Virus record (IMG/VR): IMGVR_UViG_3300024324_000425
Coordinates: 1-64,000 of that record
Length of the DNA stretch: 64,000 nt
Source of the DNA: a virus
Direction: 5' to 3' (one strand)
Shown: positions 27,644 to 38,114 of the stretch, piece after piece
Layout: every line of letters starts with the position of its first letter
Numbering within the stretch: the stretch's first letter is position 1
The notes under the pieces: generated by a model
What the model was told of the DNA's origin: nothing
Databases searched by the model: none
What the model saw: the letters and a program-made list of their open reading frames with translations, nothing else
Program-made: the position numbers and the translations under genes

Positions 27644-29329
27644 ATGGCATTTCTAGTATCACCTGGAGTACAGGTAAAAGAAATCGATTTGACTAATGTT
27701 ATCCCTGCAACGTCTGCATCAATTGGAGCAATCGCTGGTTCATTCCAGTGGGGCCCAGCCGATACGATTATTACAGTAGGATCAGAAAAACAATTAGTAC
27801 AAATCTTTGGTCAACCGAATAATGACACATATAATACTGTGTTATCGGCTGCTCAATTTTTAAGCTACGCAAACTCATTAAGAGTAGTGCGAGCAGTAGG
27901 CGCAACAGCGTTAAACGCAACATCATCAGGCACAGGTACACTACTGAAGAATGCTGATGCGGTAGAATCATACAGCGGTTCAGAAGAATTTGCCGCTAAA
28001 TACCCAGGTGTTATTGGTAACAATATTGGTATTCATATATGTACAGATTCAGTCGGCTTTAATACATGGATATATAAAGATGCATTCAATTCAGCTCCAG
28101 GAACTTCAGCAGGAACTCTTGCTTTAGGCGGATCTAATGACGAAATACATATTGCAATTATTGATACTACAGGCGCTATTACAGGCACCGCAAATAGTGT
28201 ATTAGAAACATATTCATATGTTTCACAGGCTTCTAATGCTAAATCTGCTGATGGTACATCAAACTACTGGGTGGATGTTATTAATAGTCAATCGGCTTGG
28301 TTAAATGTATTAAATGCTCCTATTGAATTAGCAGATTCAGGTGCAGTTATGGCTGGAACAACTTTTGATACAACAATTGATGGTGCAGCAGATAATATTT
28401 TTCATGAAACATTATCCGGTGCAGCCGATGATAATACATTAACAACTGGTGAGCTTATTGCTGGTTACGATATGTTTGCAGATGCTGAAACTGTTGAAGT
28501 TTCATTAATCATGAATGGTGATGTTAAAGCTGGTGCTGATGCAACAACTGTTGCTAATCATATTATTGCTTTAGCTGAATCACGTAAAGATTGTGTTGCG
28601 TTTGTTTCGCCTCCAATTGCTGCTTCTGTTAATAATACAACTCCTGTTACAGATATTAAGACTTGGAGAGATTCACTTACTTCATCATCTTATGCGTTTG
28701 CTGACTCAGGTGCTTTATATGTGTACGACAAGTACAATGATAAGTATCGTTGGTTAGCTGCTTCTGGTTCTATGGCTGGTTTATCTGCTAATGCTGATAT
28801 GGTTGCTGATGCTTGGTTTAGTCCTGCTGGTTTCACACGTGGTAACCTACGTAATGTAACTAAGCTTGCATTCAATCCTAAGCAAGTACAAAGAGATGAT
28901 TTATACAAAGTAGGTATTAACCCTATCGTTGCATTCCCTGGTGCTGGTACATTGTTATACGGTGATAAGACATTACAGTATAAAGCTTCTGCATTTGATA
29001 GAATCAACGTACGTAGATTATTCATTACTCTTGAAAAGGCTATTTCAAAAGCTTCTAAAGCGTCTTTATTCGAATTCAATGATGAATTCACTAGAGCTCA
29101 ATTTAGAAACATGACTGAACCATTCTTAAGGGATATCAAGGGACGTAGAGGAATTACAGACTTTAAAGTAGTTTGTGATGATACTAATAATACTGGTAAC
29201 GTAATCGATACTAATCGATTTGTTGCAGATATTTATATCAAACCTGCACGTTCAATTAATTTTATTACATTAAACTTCATCGCTACAAGAACTGGTGTTG
29301 AATTTAGTGAAATCGCTGGAGGTAATTAA
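27644..29329 (+). CDS. gp18: Tail sheath protein
   Basis: SPGVQVKEIDLT, WFSPAG, FDRINVRRLF. Confidence 0.95.
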   Translation: MAFLVSPGVQVKEIDLTNVIPATSASIGAIAGSFQWGPADTIITVGSEKQLVQIFGQPNNDTYNTVLSAAQFLSYANSLRVVRAVGATALNATSSGTGTLLKNADAVESYSGSEEFAAKYPGVIGNNIGIHICTDSVGFNTWIYKDAFNSAPGTSAGTLALGGSNDEIHIAIIDTTGAITGTANSVLETYSYVSQASNAKSADGTSNYWVDVINSQSAWLNVLNAPIELADSGAVMAGTTFDTTIDGAADNIFHETLSGAADDNTLTTGELIAGYDMFADAETVEVSLIMNGDVKAGADATTVANHIIALAESRKDCVAFVSPPIAASVNNTTPVTDIKTWRDSLTSSSYAFADSGALYVYDKYNDKYRWLAASGSMAGLSANADMVADAWFSPAGFTRGNLRNVTKLAFNPKQVQRDDLYKVGINPIVAFPGAGTLLYGDKTLQYKASAFDRINVRRLFITLEKAISKASKASLFEFNDEFTRAQFRNMTEPFLRDIKGRRGITDFKVVCDDTNNTGNVIDTNRFVADIYIKPARSINFITLNFIATRTGVEFSEIAGGN

Positions 29330-29331
29330 TC

Positions 29332-29859
29332 ATGGCTATTTTAGGTGTAGACGATTTTAAAGCAAAATTAACCGGTGGTGGCGCAAGAGCTAATTTATTC
29401 AAGGCAACTTTAGGTTTCCCTGCATATGTTACTTCTGATGTATCGCTAGCATCATTTATGGTTAAAGCAGCTCAACTTCCATCATCAGTAATTAGTCCAA
29501 TCATGGTTCCTTTCCGTGGTAGACAATTACAGATTGCTGGTGACAGAACTTTTGAACCTTGGACAATTACTATCATTAATGATACAAACTTCTCGGTTCG
29601 TGATTCTTTTGAACAATGGATGAATGGTATTAACCAACATAACAATAACACTGGTTTAACTAACCCTAATGATTACATGTCTGACATGATCATTGATCAG
29701 TTAGATAAAGATGGTACTGTTGTTAAAGGTTATAACATCAGAGGTTGTTTTCCAACTAATCTTGGAGCAATTGAAGTATCTTACGATACTGAAAATACGA
29801 TTGAAGAGTTCACTGTTGAACTACAAGTACAATATTGGGAAAGCAATAAAACTACTTAA
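29332..29859 (+). CDS. gp19: Tail tube protein
   Basis: GGARANLF, AGDRTFEPW, IEEFTVEL. Confidence 0.95.
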   Translation: MAILGVDDFKAKLTGGGARANLFKATLGFPAYVTSDVSLASFMVKAAQLPSSVISPIMVPFRGRQLQIAGDRTFEPWTITIINDTNFSVRDSFEQWMNGINQHNNNTGLTNPNDYMSDMIIDQLDKDGTVVKGYNIRGCFPTNLGAIEVSYDTENTIEEFTVELQVQYWESNKTT

Positions 29860-29870
29860 TCAATAAACTA

Positions 29871-29897
29871 AAGGGGTCTTCTTCGGAAGGCTCTTTT
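29871..29897 (+). terminator. Putative intrinsic terminator after gp19
   Basis: Stem around a CTTCGG tetraloop followed by a T-tract. Confidence 0.55.
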
Positions 29898-29905
29898 ATA
29901 AAGGT

Positions 29906-29913
29906 TATAAATA
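29906..29913 (+). promoter_or_regulatory. Late promoter TATAAATA
   Basis: Upstream of gp20. Confidence 0.75.
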
Positions 29914-29949
29914 ATTATAGTCTTTATAAAAGAGCACAACAATATAATT

Positions 29950-31440
29950 ATGGCAGAAGAGAACAAATTATTCGGATTTTCTTTCAAAAGAAAGAAATCA
30001 GTAGAAAAAGTTAAAGCAAAATCATTCGTTCAAGATAACGAGGATGGTGCGTATCAAATATCTCCATCAGGTGGTTACTTTGGTCAGTACATTGATATTT
30101 CAGGTGATCAATTCCAGAATGATGCAGATCTTATATACAAGTATAGACAGATCTCGGTTTACCCTGAGATTGATGCTGCTGTTGAAGATATTACTAATGA
30201 AGCTATTACGGTATCGGATGATAACAAAATAGTATCATTAAACCTTGATGACTTAGAACAACCAGATAACATTAAGAAATTAATACATGAAGAGTTTGAA
30301 GCGGTTCTTAGAATCCTTGATTTTTCATCTAATGGTTATGACTTATTCAGGCGTTGGTATATTGATGGTCGTTTATTCTATCATGTGGTGATTGGTGATA
30401 AAGAAGGTACTGGTATTGTAGACCTTAAGCTCATTGACCCTACTAAAATCCGCAAGATTAAAGAGATTGAAAAGGTTATTGATCCTCAAACTAAAGCAGA
30501 ATTAGTTAGAGAGGTTGGTGAATACTACCTATACCAAGAGCAAGAACATGTTACAAACTCTGAAGGTCTTAAAATATCAACAGATGCTATCATTCAAATC
30601 AACTCAGGTTTATTAAATGATACACGTGATAAGGTAATTGGTTACCTCCACAAAGCTTTAAAGCCAATGAATCAGTTATCTATGATGGAAGATTCATTAG
30701 TTATTTACAGAGTAAGTAGAGCACCTGAACGCCGTATATTCTATATTGATGTTGGTAATTTACCTAAGGGTAAAGCCGAAGAGTACTTGAATAATACAAT
30801 GAATAAGTATCGTAATAAAGTTGTATACGATGCGGAGACTGGTGCTATTAAAGATGAGAAGGCTCATCGTTCAGTCATGGAAGACTTTTGGTTACCTCGT
30901 CGTGAAGGCGGTAGAGGTACAGAGATTGATACTCTTCCTGGTGGTCAAAACCTAGGTGAGATTGATGATATTATGTACTTCCAAAAGAAATTATATAAAG
31001 CATTAAATGTACCGGCCTCTAGATTAGAAGCTGACACTACATTTAATATTGGTAGATCATCTGAAGTTACTAGAGACGAGCTTAAGTTCCAGAAGTTTAT
31101 TGATCGTGTTCGTACTAGATTTGCTGGCTTATTCTTAGAGGTTCTTAAGAGACAATTGATTCTTAAGAAGATTATTGTACCAAGCGATTGGAGAACTATT
31201 AAGCATGAGATAGCCGTTGAATATGAACGTGATAACTATTATGCTGAACTTAAAGAATCAGAGATACTTAAAGAAAGATTAGATAGTCTATCAATGATGG
31301 ACGAATATGTCGGTGTTTACTTCTCCCAAGAATGGGTTAAGAAGAAGATTCTTAATATGAATGATAAAGACATTGAAGAGATGCAGAAGCAAATGGATTC
31401 AGAAGGCGATCAAGATATTGATGCCGATTTAATGGATTAG
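29950..31440 (+). CDS. gp20: Portal protein
   Basis: RAPERRIFYIDVGNLPK, EDFWLPRREGGRGTEI. Confidence 0.96.
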   Translation: MAEENKLFGFSFKRKKSVEKVKAKSFVQDNEDGAYQISPSGGYFGQYIDISGDQFQNDADLIYKYRQISVYPEIDAAVEDITNEAITVSDDNKIVSLNLDDLEQPDNIKKLIHEEFEAVLRILDFSSNGYDLFRRWYIDGRLFYHVVIGDKEGTGIVDLKLIDPTKIRKIKEIEKVIDPQTKAELVREVGEYYLYQEQEHVTNSEGLKISTDAIIQINSGLLNDTRDKVIGYLHKALKPMNQLSMMEDSLVIYRVSRAPERRIFYIDVGNLPKGKAEEYLNNTMNKYRNKVVYDAETGAIKDEKAHRSVMEDFWLPRREGGRGTEIDTLPGGQNLGEIDDIMYFQKKLYKALNVPASRLEADTTFNIGRSSEVTRDELKFQKFIDRVRTRFAGLFLEVLKRQLILKKIIVPSDWRTIKHEIAVEYERDNYYAELKESEILKERLDSLSMMDEYVGVYFSQEWVKKKILNMNDKDIEEMQKQMDSEGDQDIDADLMD

Positions 31441-31453
31441 AAACATAAATTTA

Positions 31454-31461
31454 TATAAATA
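31454..31461 (+). promoter_or_regulatory. Late promoter TATAAATA
   Basis: Upstream of the prohead core genes. Confidence 0.7.
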
Positions 31462-31483
31462 TATTATACAAGAGGAATAAATA

Positions 31484-31675
31484 ATGGATATTAAAGATTT
31501 AATTGATGACATTGGTAAAGGTGATGCCCAAGCATCTAATAACACATTTAATAGTATTGTGTTAAGCAAGATGAATGTGGCTTTAGATGCTCGTAAAGAG
31601 GTAATCGCTAATGACATGTATGGTTCTAATGAGCCAATTAACACAGAGGAACCTAAGGCAGATGCTAACATTTAA
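31484..31675 (+). CDS. gp67: Prohead core protein (gp67-like)
   Basis: Position after the portal gene; small acidic helical protein. Confidence 0.65.
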   Translation: MDIKDLIDDIGKGDAQASNNTFNSIVLSKMNVALDARKEVIANDMYGSNEPINTEEPKADANI

Positions 31676-31901
31676 ACAATCATTTAATACTTTATTAGAA
31701 AGTAAAATGAAATTGCCTAAGGGCGAGACTATAGTAAAGGAGATTAGCAAGCTTGGCAAGAGCAAAGATGTTAATGCTCTTATTACTGGTAAGGCCAACA
31801 AGTTTATTCTATACGTAGATGAAACTAAACTAGATACTTTTAAATCAGTTAAAGATGCTGAAAAAGGTCTTAAAGAATTTTTAAAGGTAATGGGAGTATA
31901 A
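31662..31901 (+). CDS. Prohead core/internal protein
   Basis: Start at ATG 31662; MLTFKQSFNTLLES is CTS-like. Confidence 0.55.
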   Translation: MLTFKQSFNTLLESKMKLPKGETIVKEISKLGKSKDVNALITGKANKFILYVDETKLDTFKSVKDAEKGLKEFLKVMGV

Positions 31902-31902
31902 C

Positions 31903-32121
31903 ATGAATTTACATGAAGCTAGTATAGATCTATTAGAAGGTAAAGCAGAAGGTCAAATAATTAGTAAAATGCTTACTATGACTAAGGCTTTAATGAAAGA
32001 AGTAGATAAGTTATCTAAAATTGATAATGGTGATTTGCATGATCAAATTACTAATATGGATCATTTTACTACAAAATTACGTGATACAATTTTAAGAGCA
32101 AATAAGGTAAACCCTAAGTAA
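31903..32121 (+). CDS. Small putative internal head protein
   Basis: GGAG RBS; N-terminus MNLHEA...LLEG. Confidence 0.5.
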   Translation: MNLHEASIDLLEGKAEGQIISKMLTMTKALMKEVDKLSKIDNGDLHDQITNMDHFTTKLRDTILRANKVNPK

Positions 32122-32357
32122 TGAATATTAACGAAGCATACACCAGTATTAATGCTGTTGTGTTAAACGAGAAGTTTGACGAGAGGAAAGCTGAGGTAAC
32201 ACTTAAAGACTTGAAAATGGTATATGGTCAAGCTAAAATGATTGGTGCTAGTAAGGCTGCACAAGACGAATTAAAGAGAGTTTACTCAAGATTAGTGAGT
32301 GATTGGTTTGGTCATAATGAAGCTGGGAAACGTAAAATACCAACGGAGTTAAAATAA
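32121..32357 (+). CDS. Small putative internal head protein
   Basis: N-terminus MNINEAY...LNEK; coupled to the upstream ORF. Confidence 0.5.
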   Translation: MNINEAYTSINAVVLNEKFDERKAEVTLKDLKMVYGQAKMIGASKAAQDELKRVYSRLVSDWFGHNEAGKRKIPTELK

Positions 32358-32358
32358 T

Positions 32359-33015
32359 ATGAAGTTAATAGCAGAATATACAAATGAAGGTTTAGGTTAC
32401 TCGATTACTGAAGGAAAGAATGGTAAGAAAGAAACTTATATCGAAGGAATTTTTATGCAAGCGGAAGGCAAGAATAGAAATGGACGAGTTTATACTCGCG
32501 AAGTCCTTACTGCTGCAGTGGATAGATACAACAATGAACAAGTAATGACCGGTAGAGCCGTAGGTGAATTAAATCACCCAGAAGGCCCTTCGATCAACTT
32601 AGATAAAGTTAGTCACAGAATTACAGAACTTAAATGGAACGGTAATAATGTGATTGGTAAAGCACTAGTGTTAGATACTCCAATGGGTCAGATCGTAAAA
32701 GGTTTGGTCGAAGGTGGTGTTCAACTTGGTGTTTCAAGTCGTGGTATGGGAAGTTTGGAAAATAGAAATGGTGTTAGCTATGTGAAAGATGATTTTATGC
32801 TTTCAACTGTTGACATCGTGCAGGATCCATCAGCACCTAATGCATTTGTAAATGGCATTATGGAAGGTGTTGATTGGAAAATGGATGGCACAGGTCATTA
32901 TATCCAAACAATTGAAGAAGGTGAGACTGAAATGATGGAAACAGTAACAGAAGAAGTGGTGGATAACACTGCATCTGAAGTTACTGGATTTGAGCATTTC
33001 CTCTCTAAACTATAA
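32359..33015 (+). CDS. gp21: Prohead protease
   Basis: NRNGRVY, GELNHP, GVSSRGMGS, DPSAPNA. Confidence 0.95.
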   Translation: MKLIAEYTNEGLGYSITEGKNGKKETYIEGIFMQAEGKNRNGRVYTREVLTAAVDRYNNEQVMTGRAVGELNHPEGPSINLDKVSHRITELKWNGNNVIGKALVLDTPMGQIVKGLVEGGVQLGVSSRGMGSLENRNGVSYVKDDFMLSTVDIVQDPSAPNAFVNGIMEGVDWKMDGTGHYIQTIEEGETEMMETVTEEVVDNTASEVTGFEHFLSKL

Positions 33016-33035
33016 CTCTAACAGGAGTAAATAAT

Positions 33036-34055
33036 ATGTCAGAAGAAATTAAAGACATCGCTGAAGAGGTTATTGTTGAGGAAACTAATACAGAAGTAGA
33101 AGCTCCCTTAACAGAAGCTCGTACGATATCTGCAATTAATGCATCTTTACAAGAAATGAATAAAGATGAATTGGATGCAATCTTTGAAGCTGCTGAGAAA
33201 GCTAAAGCGAAAGCTAAAGTTGAATCGGAAGATGAAGATGAAGATGAAGATGAAGACGGTGATGACGAAGAAGGTGAAGTAGAAAACGAGAAGAAAGAAG
33301 CTAAAGCTAAAACTAAGAAGGAGTCTAAAAAGGACAAATTCAAAGAAGATATTGATGCACTTGCCAATGGCGAAGATTCATTATCAGAAGGTTTTAAGGA
33401 TAAAGCATCTATAATCTTTGAAGCTGCGTTACAATCAAAAGTGGCTACGACAGTTGTTGAATTAGAAGAGCGTTATGCATCTGATTTAACTGAAGAAGTA
33501 GAAGCTATTAAAGAAGACTTAGTTGATAAGGTAGATGGTTACCTTAACTACGTTGTTGAGAATTGGATGACCGAGAATGAAGTTGCTATTGAGCACTCTC
33601 TTAAGTCTGAAATCACAGAGTCATTTATCAACGCATTACATGGCGTGTTTGTTGAACACCACATCAATGTACCAGAAGATAAGGTTGAAATTGTTGATGC
33701 CTTAACTGAAGAAGTAACTGATGCTAAAGATCAATTGAATGCAAGTCAAGAAGCTAACATGGAATTATCAGAGAAAGTTAAAGCTTTCGAACGTAAGTCT
33801 ATCGTTGCTGAAGCATGCGAGGGTTTAGCTGCTACTGAAGCTGCAAAATTAACTGAATTATCAGAAGCTATTGAAGCTGAAGACAATTCTGATTTTGCTT
33901 CTAAAGTCGCGACAATCAAAGAGTCTTACCTTAACAAAGACGAAACACAAGTTGATGTATCGGAAATCGATGCAATCAGCGAAGAAAGTGAAAAAGCAAC
34001 GGTATTAAGTGATTCAATGCAATCATACTTATCAGCTATTTCATCTACTAAATAA
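33036..34055 (+). CDS. gp22: Prohead scaffolding protein
   Basis: Acidic coiled coil; IFEAA, YLNYVVENWM. Confidence 0.9.
   Translation: MSEEIKDIAEEVIVEETNTEVEAPLTEARTISAINASLQEMNKDELDAIFEAAEKAKAKAKVESEDEDEDEDEDGDDEEGEVENEKKEAKAKTKKESKKDKFKEDIDALANGEDSLSEGFKDKASIIFEAALQSKVATTVVELEERYASDLTEEVEAIKEDLVDKVDGYLNYVVENWMTENEVAIEHSLKSEITESFINALHGVFVEHHINVPEDKVEIVDALTEEVTDAKDQLNASQEANMELSEKVKAFERKSIVAEACEGLAATEAAKLTELSEAIEAEDNSDFASKVATIKESYLNKDETQVDVSEIDAISEESEKATVLSDSMQSYLSAISSTK
33228..33257 (+). repeat. (GAAGAT)n microsatellite encoding poly-ED in gp22
   Basis: Four GAAGAT units plus GAAGAC. Confidence 0.7.
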
Positions 34056-34074
34056 TTCTAATAGGAGAAAACAC

Positions 34075-35259
34075 ATGGAATTAAACGCAACACAACTACA
34101 AGAAAAATGGAACCCAGTATTAGAAGCTTCTGATGCAGGTACTATTACAGACGCATACAAACGTTCAGTAACAGCAATCGTTCTTGAAAACCAAGAGAAA
34201 GCCCTTAACGAAACTCGTATGGCTGCTGGCGGTACTGACGCAACTGGCGCGATTAACAACTGGGATCCAGTAATGATCTCACTAGTTCGTCGTTCTACAC
34301 CTAACTTACTAGCATTTGATATTGCTGGTGTTCAACCAATGACTGGTCCTACTGGCTTGATCTTCGCTATGAAGTCAAACTACTCAGACGGTACTGCTGG
34401 AGCAGACGGTATTTCAGGTAATGCTGATGACGTTGCACCTACAGAAGCACTATTTAACGAACCTAATACTTCGTTCTCTGGTAAAGCTGGTGGCGCAAGA
34501 ATGACTACGCTAGAAGCTGAAGGTAACAACTACAACGAAATGGGTTTCTCTATCGAGAAGCAAGTTGTTGAAGCTGAATCTCGTCAATTACGTGCTCAGT
34601 ACACAATGGAATTAGCTCAAGACCTTAAAGCTGTACACGGTCTTAATGCTGAAACTGAATTGGCTAACATCCTTTCTTCTGAAATCTTAGGTGAAATTAA
34701 CCGTGAGATGATTAAGAAAATCAATGCACAAGCTGTTGCATTTACTGCATTTGATGCTACTCCAGTTACTGGTACTTCTAAAGGTCGTTGGGAAGTTGAA
34801 GTATTCAAATCACTTATTACACATTTTGAAAAGGCTGCAAACGCAATTGCAATCGCTACAAGACGTGGTAAGGGTAACTTTGCTATCATCTCTTCTGGTG
34901 TAGCTGCTGCATTAAATGCAACAGGTTCAGTTCAGTATGGTAACGTTGCAACAACTGGTCTTGCTGATGTAAATGGTAACTTATTTATTGGTACACTTAA
35001 CGGTGGCATCAAGTTATATGTTGATCCATTTGCTGCAACTGACTATGTAACTGTTGGTTATAAAGGTACTAACGCTTATGATGCTGGTATGTTCTACTGC
35101 CCATACGTTCCTTTATCAATGATGAAGACAATTGGTGAGAATGACTTCCAACCTAAGATTGGTTTCAAGACTCGTTACGGCGTAACTCATAACCCATTTA
35201 CTTCGGGTGTTGACGGTGCTAACACGTACTACCAAACGTTTGCTGTAACTAACCTATAA
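34075..35259 (+). CDS. gp23: Major capsid protein
   Basis: AGGAGA RBS; GVQPMTGPTGLIFAM, ELAQDLKAVHG, FQPKIGFKTRYG. Confidence 0.96.
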   Translation: MELNATQLQEKWNPVLEASDAGTITDAYKRSVTAIVLENQEKALNETRMAAGGTDATGAINNWDPVMISLVRRSTPNLLAFDIAGVQPMTGPTGLIFAMKSNYSDGTAGADGISGNADDVAPTEALFNEPNTSFSGKAGGARMTTLEAEGNNYNEMGFSIEKQVVEAESRQLRAQYTMELAQDLKAVHGLNAETELANILSSEILGEINREMIKKINAQAVAFTAFDATPVTGTSKGRWEVEVFKSLITHFEKAANAIAIATRRGKGNFAIISSGVAAALNATGSVQYGNVATTGLADVNGNLFIGTLNGGIKLYVDPFAATDYVTVGYKGTNAYDAGMFYCPYVPLSMMKTIGENDFQPKIGFKTRYGVTHNPFTSGVDGANTYYQTFAVTNL

Positions 35260-35284
35260 TAGGTAAGTAACAACTTAACGTGAG

Positions 35285-35307
35285 AGCCCCTTAATTGGGG
35301 CTTTTTT
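35285..35307 (+). terminator. Intrinsic terminator after gp23
   Basis: AGCCCC-TTAATT-GGGGCT followed by TTTTT. Confidence 0.85.
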
Positions 35308-35321
35308 GTGCCTGAAATACG

Positions 35322-35329
35322 TATAAATA
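35322..35329 (+). promoter_or_regulatory. Late promoter TATAAATA (leaderless gp3)
   Basis: 5 nt before ATG 35335. Confidence 0.75.
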
Positions 35330-35334
35330 ATAAC

Positions 35335-35787
35335 ATGCCAAATTACTTAAATCCAACCTCATTCGTATTACAGTTAGATACTGTAGTTTACCCAACAGCT
35401 GAATTTACTGTTCAAACTATGATTCTCCCAGACGTTACAGTCGACGGAGCACAATATCATACTCCATCTAGGTCTATTGCAATTGCAGCAGATAAGATAA
35501 CGTATGGTGCTTTTGAATGTTCATTCTTAGTTGATGAGAACCTAATCAATTATAAAGAGATTTATGATTGGTTATATAATCAAGTGAATAACAATAACAG
35601 CGCTGCTAACGTAAGAGACTTAACTCTTAATATTCTATCGAGCTCCAATCTCCTAACTAAACAGATTAGATTTATTGATGCTTACCCTACAAACCTTTCA
35701 TCATTACCTTTTGATATAACAACAACAGACGTGGAATACTTAACTGCGGTTGTTTCATTTAATTACTCATATTTCGAAATAGTATAA
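35335..35787 (+). CDS. gp3: Tail completion / tube terminator protein
   Basis: NYLNPTSF, FLVDENLINYKEIYDW, F.DAYPT.LS. Confidence 0.8.
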   Translation: MPNYLNPTSFVLQLDTVVYPTAEFTVQTMILPDVTVDGAQYHTPSRSIAIAADKITYGAFECSFLVDENLINYKEIYDWLYNQVNNNNSAANVRDLTLNILSSSNLLTKQIRFIDAYPTNLSSLPFDITTTDVEYLTAVVSFNYSYFEIV

Positions 35788-35788
35788 C

Positions 35789-36160
35789 ATGTCATGTCAC
35801 TCTAAGTGGTGTTTATGGATAACAGCTATGTCTCAACTAACAGTGGCTTCTGTTATTGTATATGCAGGTCTTGTAGTTGGTTCTCACATGGAATCTTGGA
35901 CCAAATCATTTAAACAAGGCTCTGACGATTTACATTCAATTAGAATTAATATGAATTCAATGACTTATTCAATGGAGTCTATCAATACAGATATGACAAC
36001 GATGAATAATACAACTCTAGCAATGGAGAAACATATCCACGAGTTAAATGATAACATCACGGTGATCAACAAACAAATGTATTTAATGAATGGATCGGTT
36101 AGCAACATGGCCAACAAATTCTCACCGAGAGGTATGGCAAGAAGTTTTATGCCTTTTTAA
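35789..36160 (+). CDS. Met-rich membrane-anchored coiled-coil protein
   Basis: N-terminal TM, heptad Met repeats, C-terminal SFMPF. Confidence 0.6.
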   Translation: MSCHSKWCLWITAMSQLTVASVIVYAGLVVGSHMESWTKSFKQGSDDLHSIRINMNSMTYSMESINTDMTTMNNTTLAMEKHIHELNDNITVINKQMYLMNGSVSNMANKFSPRGMARSFMPF

Positions 36161-36164
36161 GTGA

Positions 36165-36172
36165 TATAAATA
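36165..36172 (+). promoter_or_regulatory. Late promoter TATAAATA
   Basis: Upstream of uvsY. Confidence 0.7.
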
Positions 36173-36196
36173 AAACTATATTATGAAGGTTATATT

Positions 36197-36643
36197 ATGG
36201 ACATACAAGAAATACTTGACATGTGGGAAAAAGATGGAGTCATCGACCAGTTTAAATTAGACGACACAACAATCAAAAACGCTACATTGCACTCAAAATA
36301 CTTGAGTCTTATTACCGTAGCCAAACTCAAAAAGAAAACAATACAGCAATCATATGATAACCTACTTAAAGATAAGTGGTTGTATTATAATGGGAAGATG
36401 TCGCAATCTGAAATGGATATTAGAAAATGGGATTACGACCCGTTCAATGGACTTAACAAACCACTCAAAGGTGATCTAAATCATTGGTATAATTCAGATA
36501 AGGATATACAAAAGAGCCAGGCTGAACTAGAGTACTATAAAGTTATTATAGAAACACTAAAAGAGATATTAGATGCTATAAAATGGAGACATTCTCAAAT
36601 AAAGAATATCATTGAATGGCGGAAGTTTGAGGCGGGCGTGTGA
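36197..36643 (+). CDS. uvsY: Recombination mediator UvsY
   Basis: LHSKYL, KWLYYNGK, IKNIIEWRKF. Confidence 0.88.
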   Translation: MDIQEILDMWEKDGVIDQFKLDDTTIKNATLHSKYLSLITVAKLKKKTIQQSYDNLLKDKWLYYNGKMSQSEMDIRKWDYDPFNGLNKPLKGDLNHWYNSDKDIQKSQAELEYYKVIIETLKEILDAIKWRHSQIKNIIEWRKFEAGV

Positions 36644-38106
36644 TTGATATAAAGTTAGAAAAGATTGACGAAGCATATTTAAGAGTTATCTCTGATGATA
36701 GGGGTATCATGATGGAGCTGTCTGAGTTCTTTACCTTCTTCGTTCCCGGTTACAAACATATGCCGGCATTTAAGAATAAGATGTGGGACGGCAAGTTACG
36801 CTTACTTGATTTAAGAACTAATAAGATATACAGCGGACTACAAAAGTATATAGAACAATTCTGTATTGAACGTAACTATTCAATTGAAGTACCGTACCAA
36901 GAACCATTTGATGATAATATAGATTGGGTGGATCTATTACCGCTAGGTAATATTAAACCTAGAGATTACCAGAAAGATGCAGTCAAATATGGATTGAGTA
37001 ATCGTAAAGGACTGTTGGTAAGTCCTACAGCTTCAGGCAAATCTTTAATCATATACCTGTTAATTCGATACTTCATGGAATATAATAAGAGTAAGAAGAT
37101 ATTGCTTATTGTACCTACAACATCACTTGTTAAACAAATGTATGGTGACTTTGCTGATTATTCCAAGGATGACGAAACGTTTAATCCTAATGTATGTCAC
37201 CAAATCATGGCTGGTATTGACAAGAATGCAGATACACAAATCTATATCAGTACGTGGCAATCCATATACAAGATGCCTAAAGAATATTTTCAACAATTTG
37301 GTATGGTGATAGGAGATGAAGCACATAACTTTAAAGCTAAATCACTAACATCTATTCTTACGAAGTGTTCTAATGCTGAGTATAGATTCGGTTTAACCGG
37401 TACACTTGATGGTACACAAACGCATAAGCTAGTATTAGAAGGTTTGTTCGGGCCTGTATATAATGTTACAAGTACCAAAGCATTGATTGATGACAATCAC
37501 TTATCAGATTTAGATATTGAAGTGGTGCTCTTGAAGCATCCTGAGGAAATGTGTAAGGTAATATCCAAGTTAAAATATCCTGATGAAATCTCGCACATTG
37601 TCTCTTATGATCCTCGCAATAAATTTATTAAGAATCTAGCATTAGATCAGAAGGGTAATACATTAGTTCTATTTCAATTTGTAGAGAAGCATGGCATACC
37701 ATTACATAAGATGATTGCTGATGCAGCACATAAAGATAGAAGAATATTCTTTGTAGCAGGCATGACAGACGCAGACACACGCGAGGATATAAGAGCTATT
37801 ACAGAAACTCAGAATGATGCTATTATCGTAGCAAGTTTAGGCACATTCTCCACAGGTATTAACATTAAGAATCTCCATAACATTATCTTTGCATCTCCAA
37901 GTAAGTCTCAGATCAAAGTATTACAGAGTATTGGACGTGTTCTTCGTAAATCTGCTACAGGCCAACCAGCAAAAGTATATGATATTGCTGATGATCTCCA
38001 TTGGAAAAGCCGTAAAAATTATACTCTTAACCATAGTGCTGAACGGATTAAGATATATGCTAAACAGAAATTTAGATTTAAAATACACGAGGTGGAGCTA
38101 TTATAA
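36640..38106 (+). CDS. uvsW: UvsW helicase
   Basis: PTASGKS, DEAH, GLTGT, QSIGR. Confidence 0.95.
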   Translation: MIDIKLEKIDEAYLRVISDDRGIMMELSEFFTFFVPGYKHMPAFKNKMWDGKLRLLDLRTNKIYSGLQKYIEQFCIERNYSIEVPYQEPFDDNIDWVDLLPLGNIKPRDYQKDAVKYGLSNRKGLLVSPTASGKSLIIYLLIRYFMEYNKSKKILLIVPTTSLVKQMYGDFADYSKDDETFNPNVCHQIMAGIDKNADTQIYISTWQSIYKMPKEYFQQFGMVIGDEAHNFKAKSLTSILTKCSNAEYRFGLTGTLDGTQTHKLVLEGLFGPVYNVTSTKALIDDNHLSDLDIEVVLLKHPEEMCKVISKLKYPDEISHIVSYDPRNKFIKNLALDQKGNTLVLFQFVEKHGIPLHKMIADAAHKDRRIFFVAGMTDADTREDIRAITETQNDAIIVASLGTFSTGINIKNLHNIIFASPSKSQIKVLQSIGRVLRKSATGQPAKVYDIADDLHWKSRKNYTLNHSAERIKIYAKQKFRFKIHEVELL

Positions 38107-38109
38107 ATA
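38102..38109 (+). promoter_or_regulatory. Late promoter TATAAATA (leaderless)
   Basis: 5 nt before ATG 38115. Confidence 0.7.
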
Positions 38110-38114
38110 CATAT

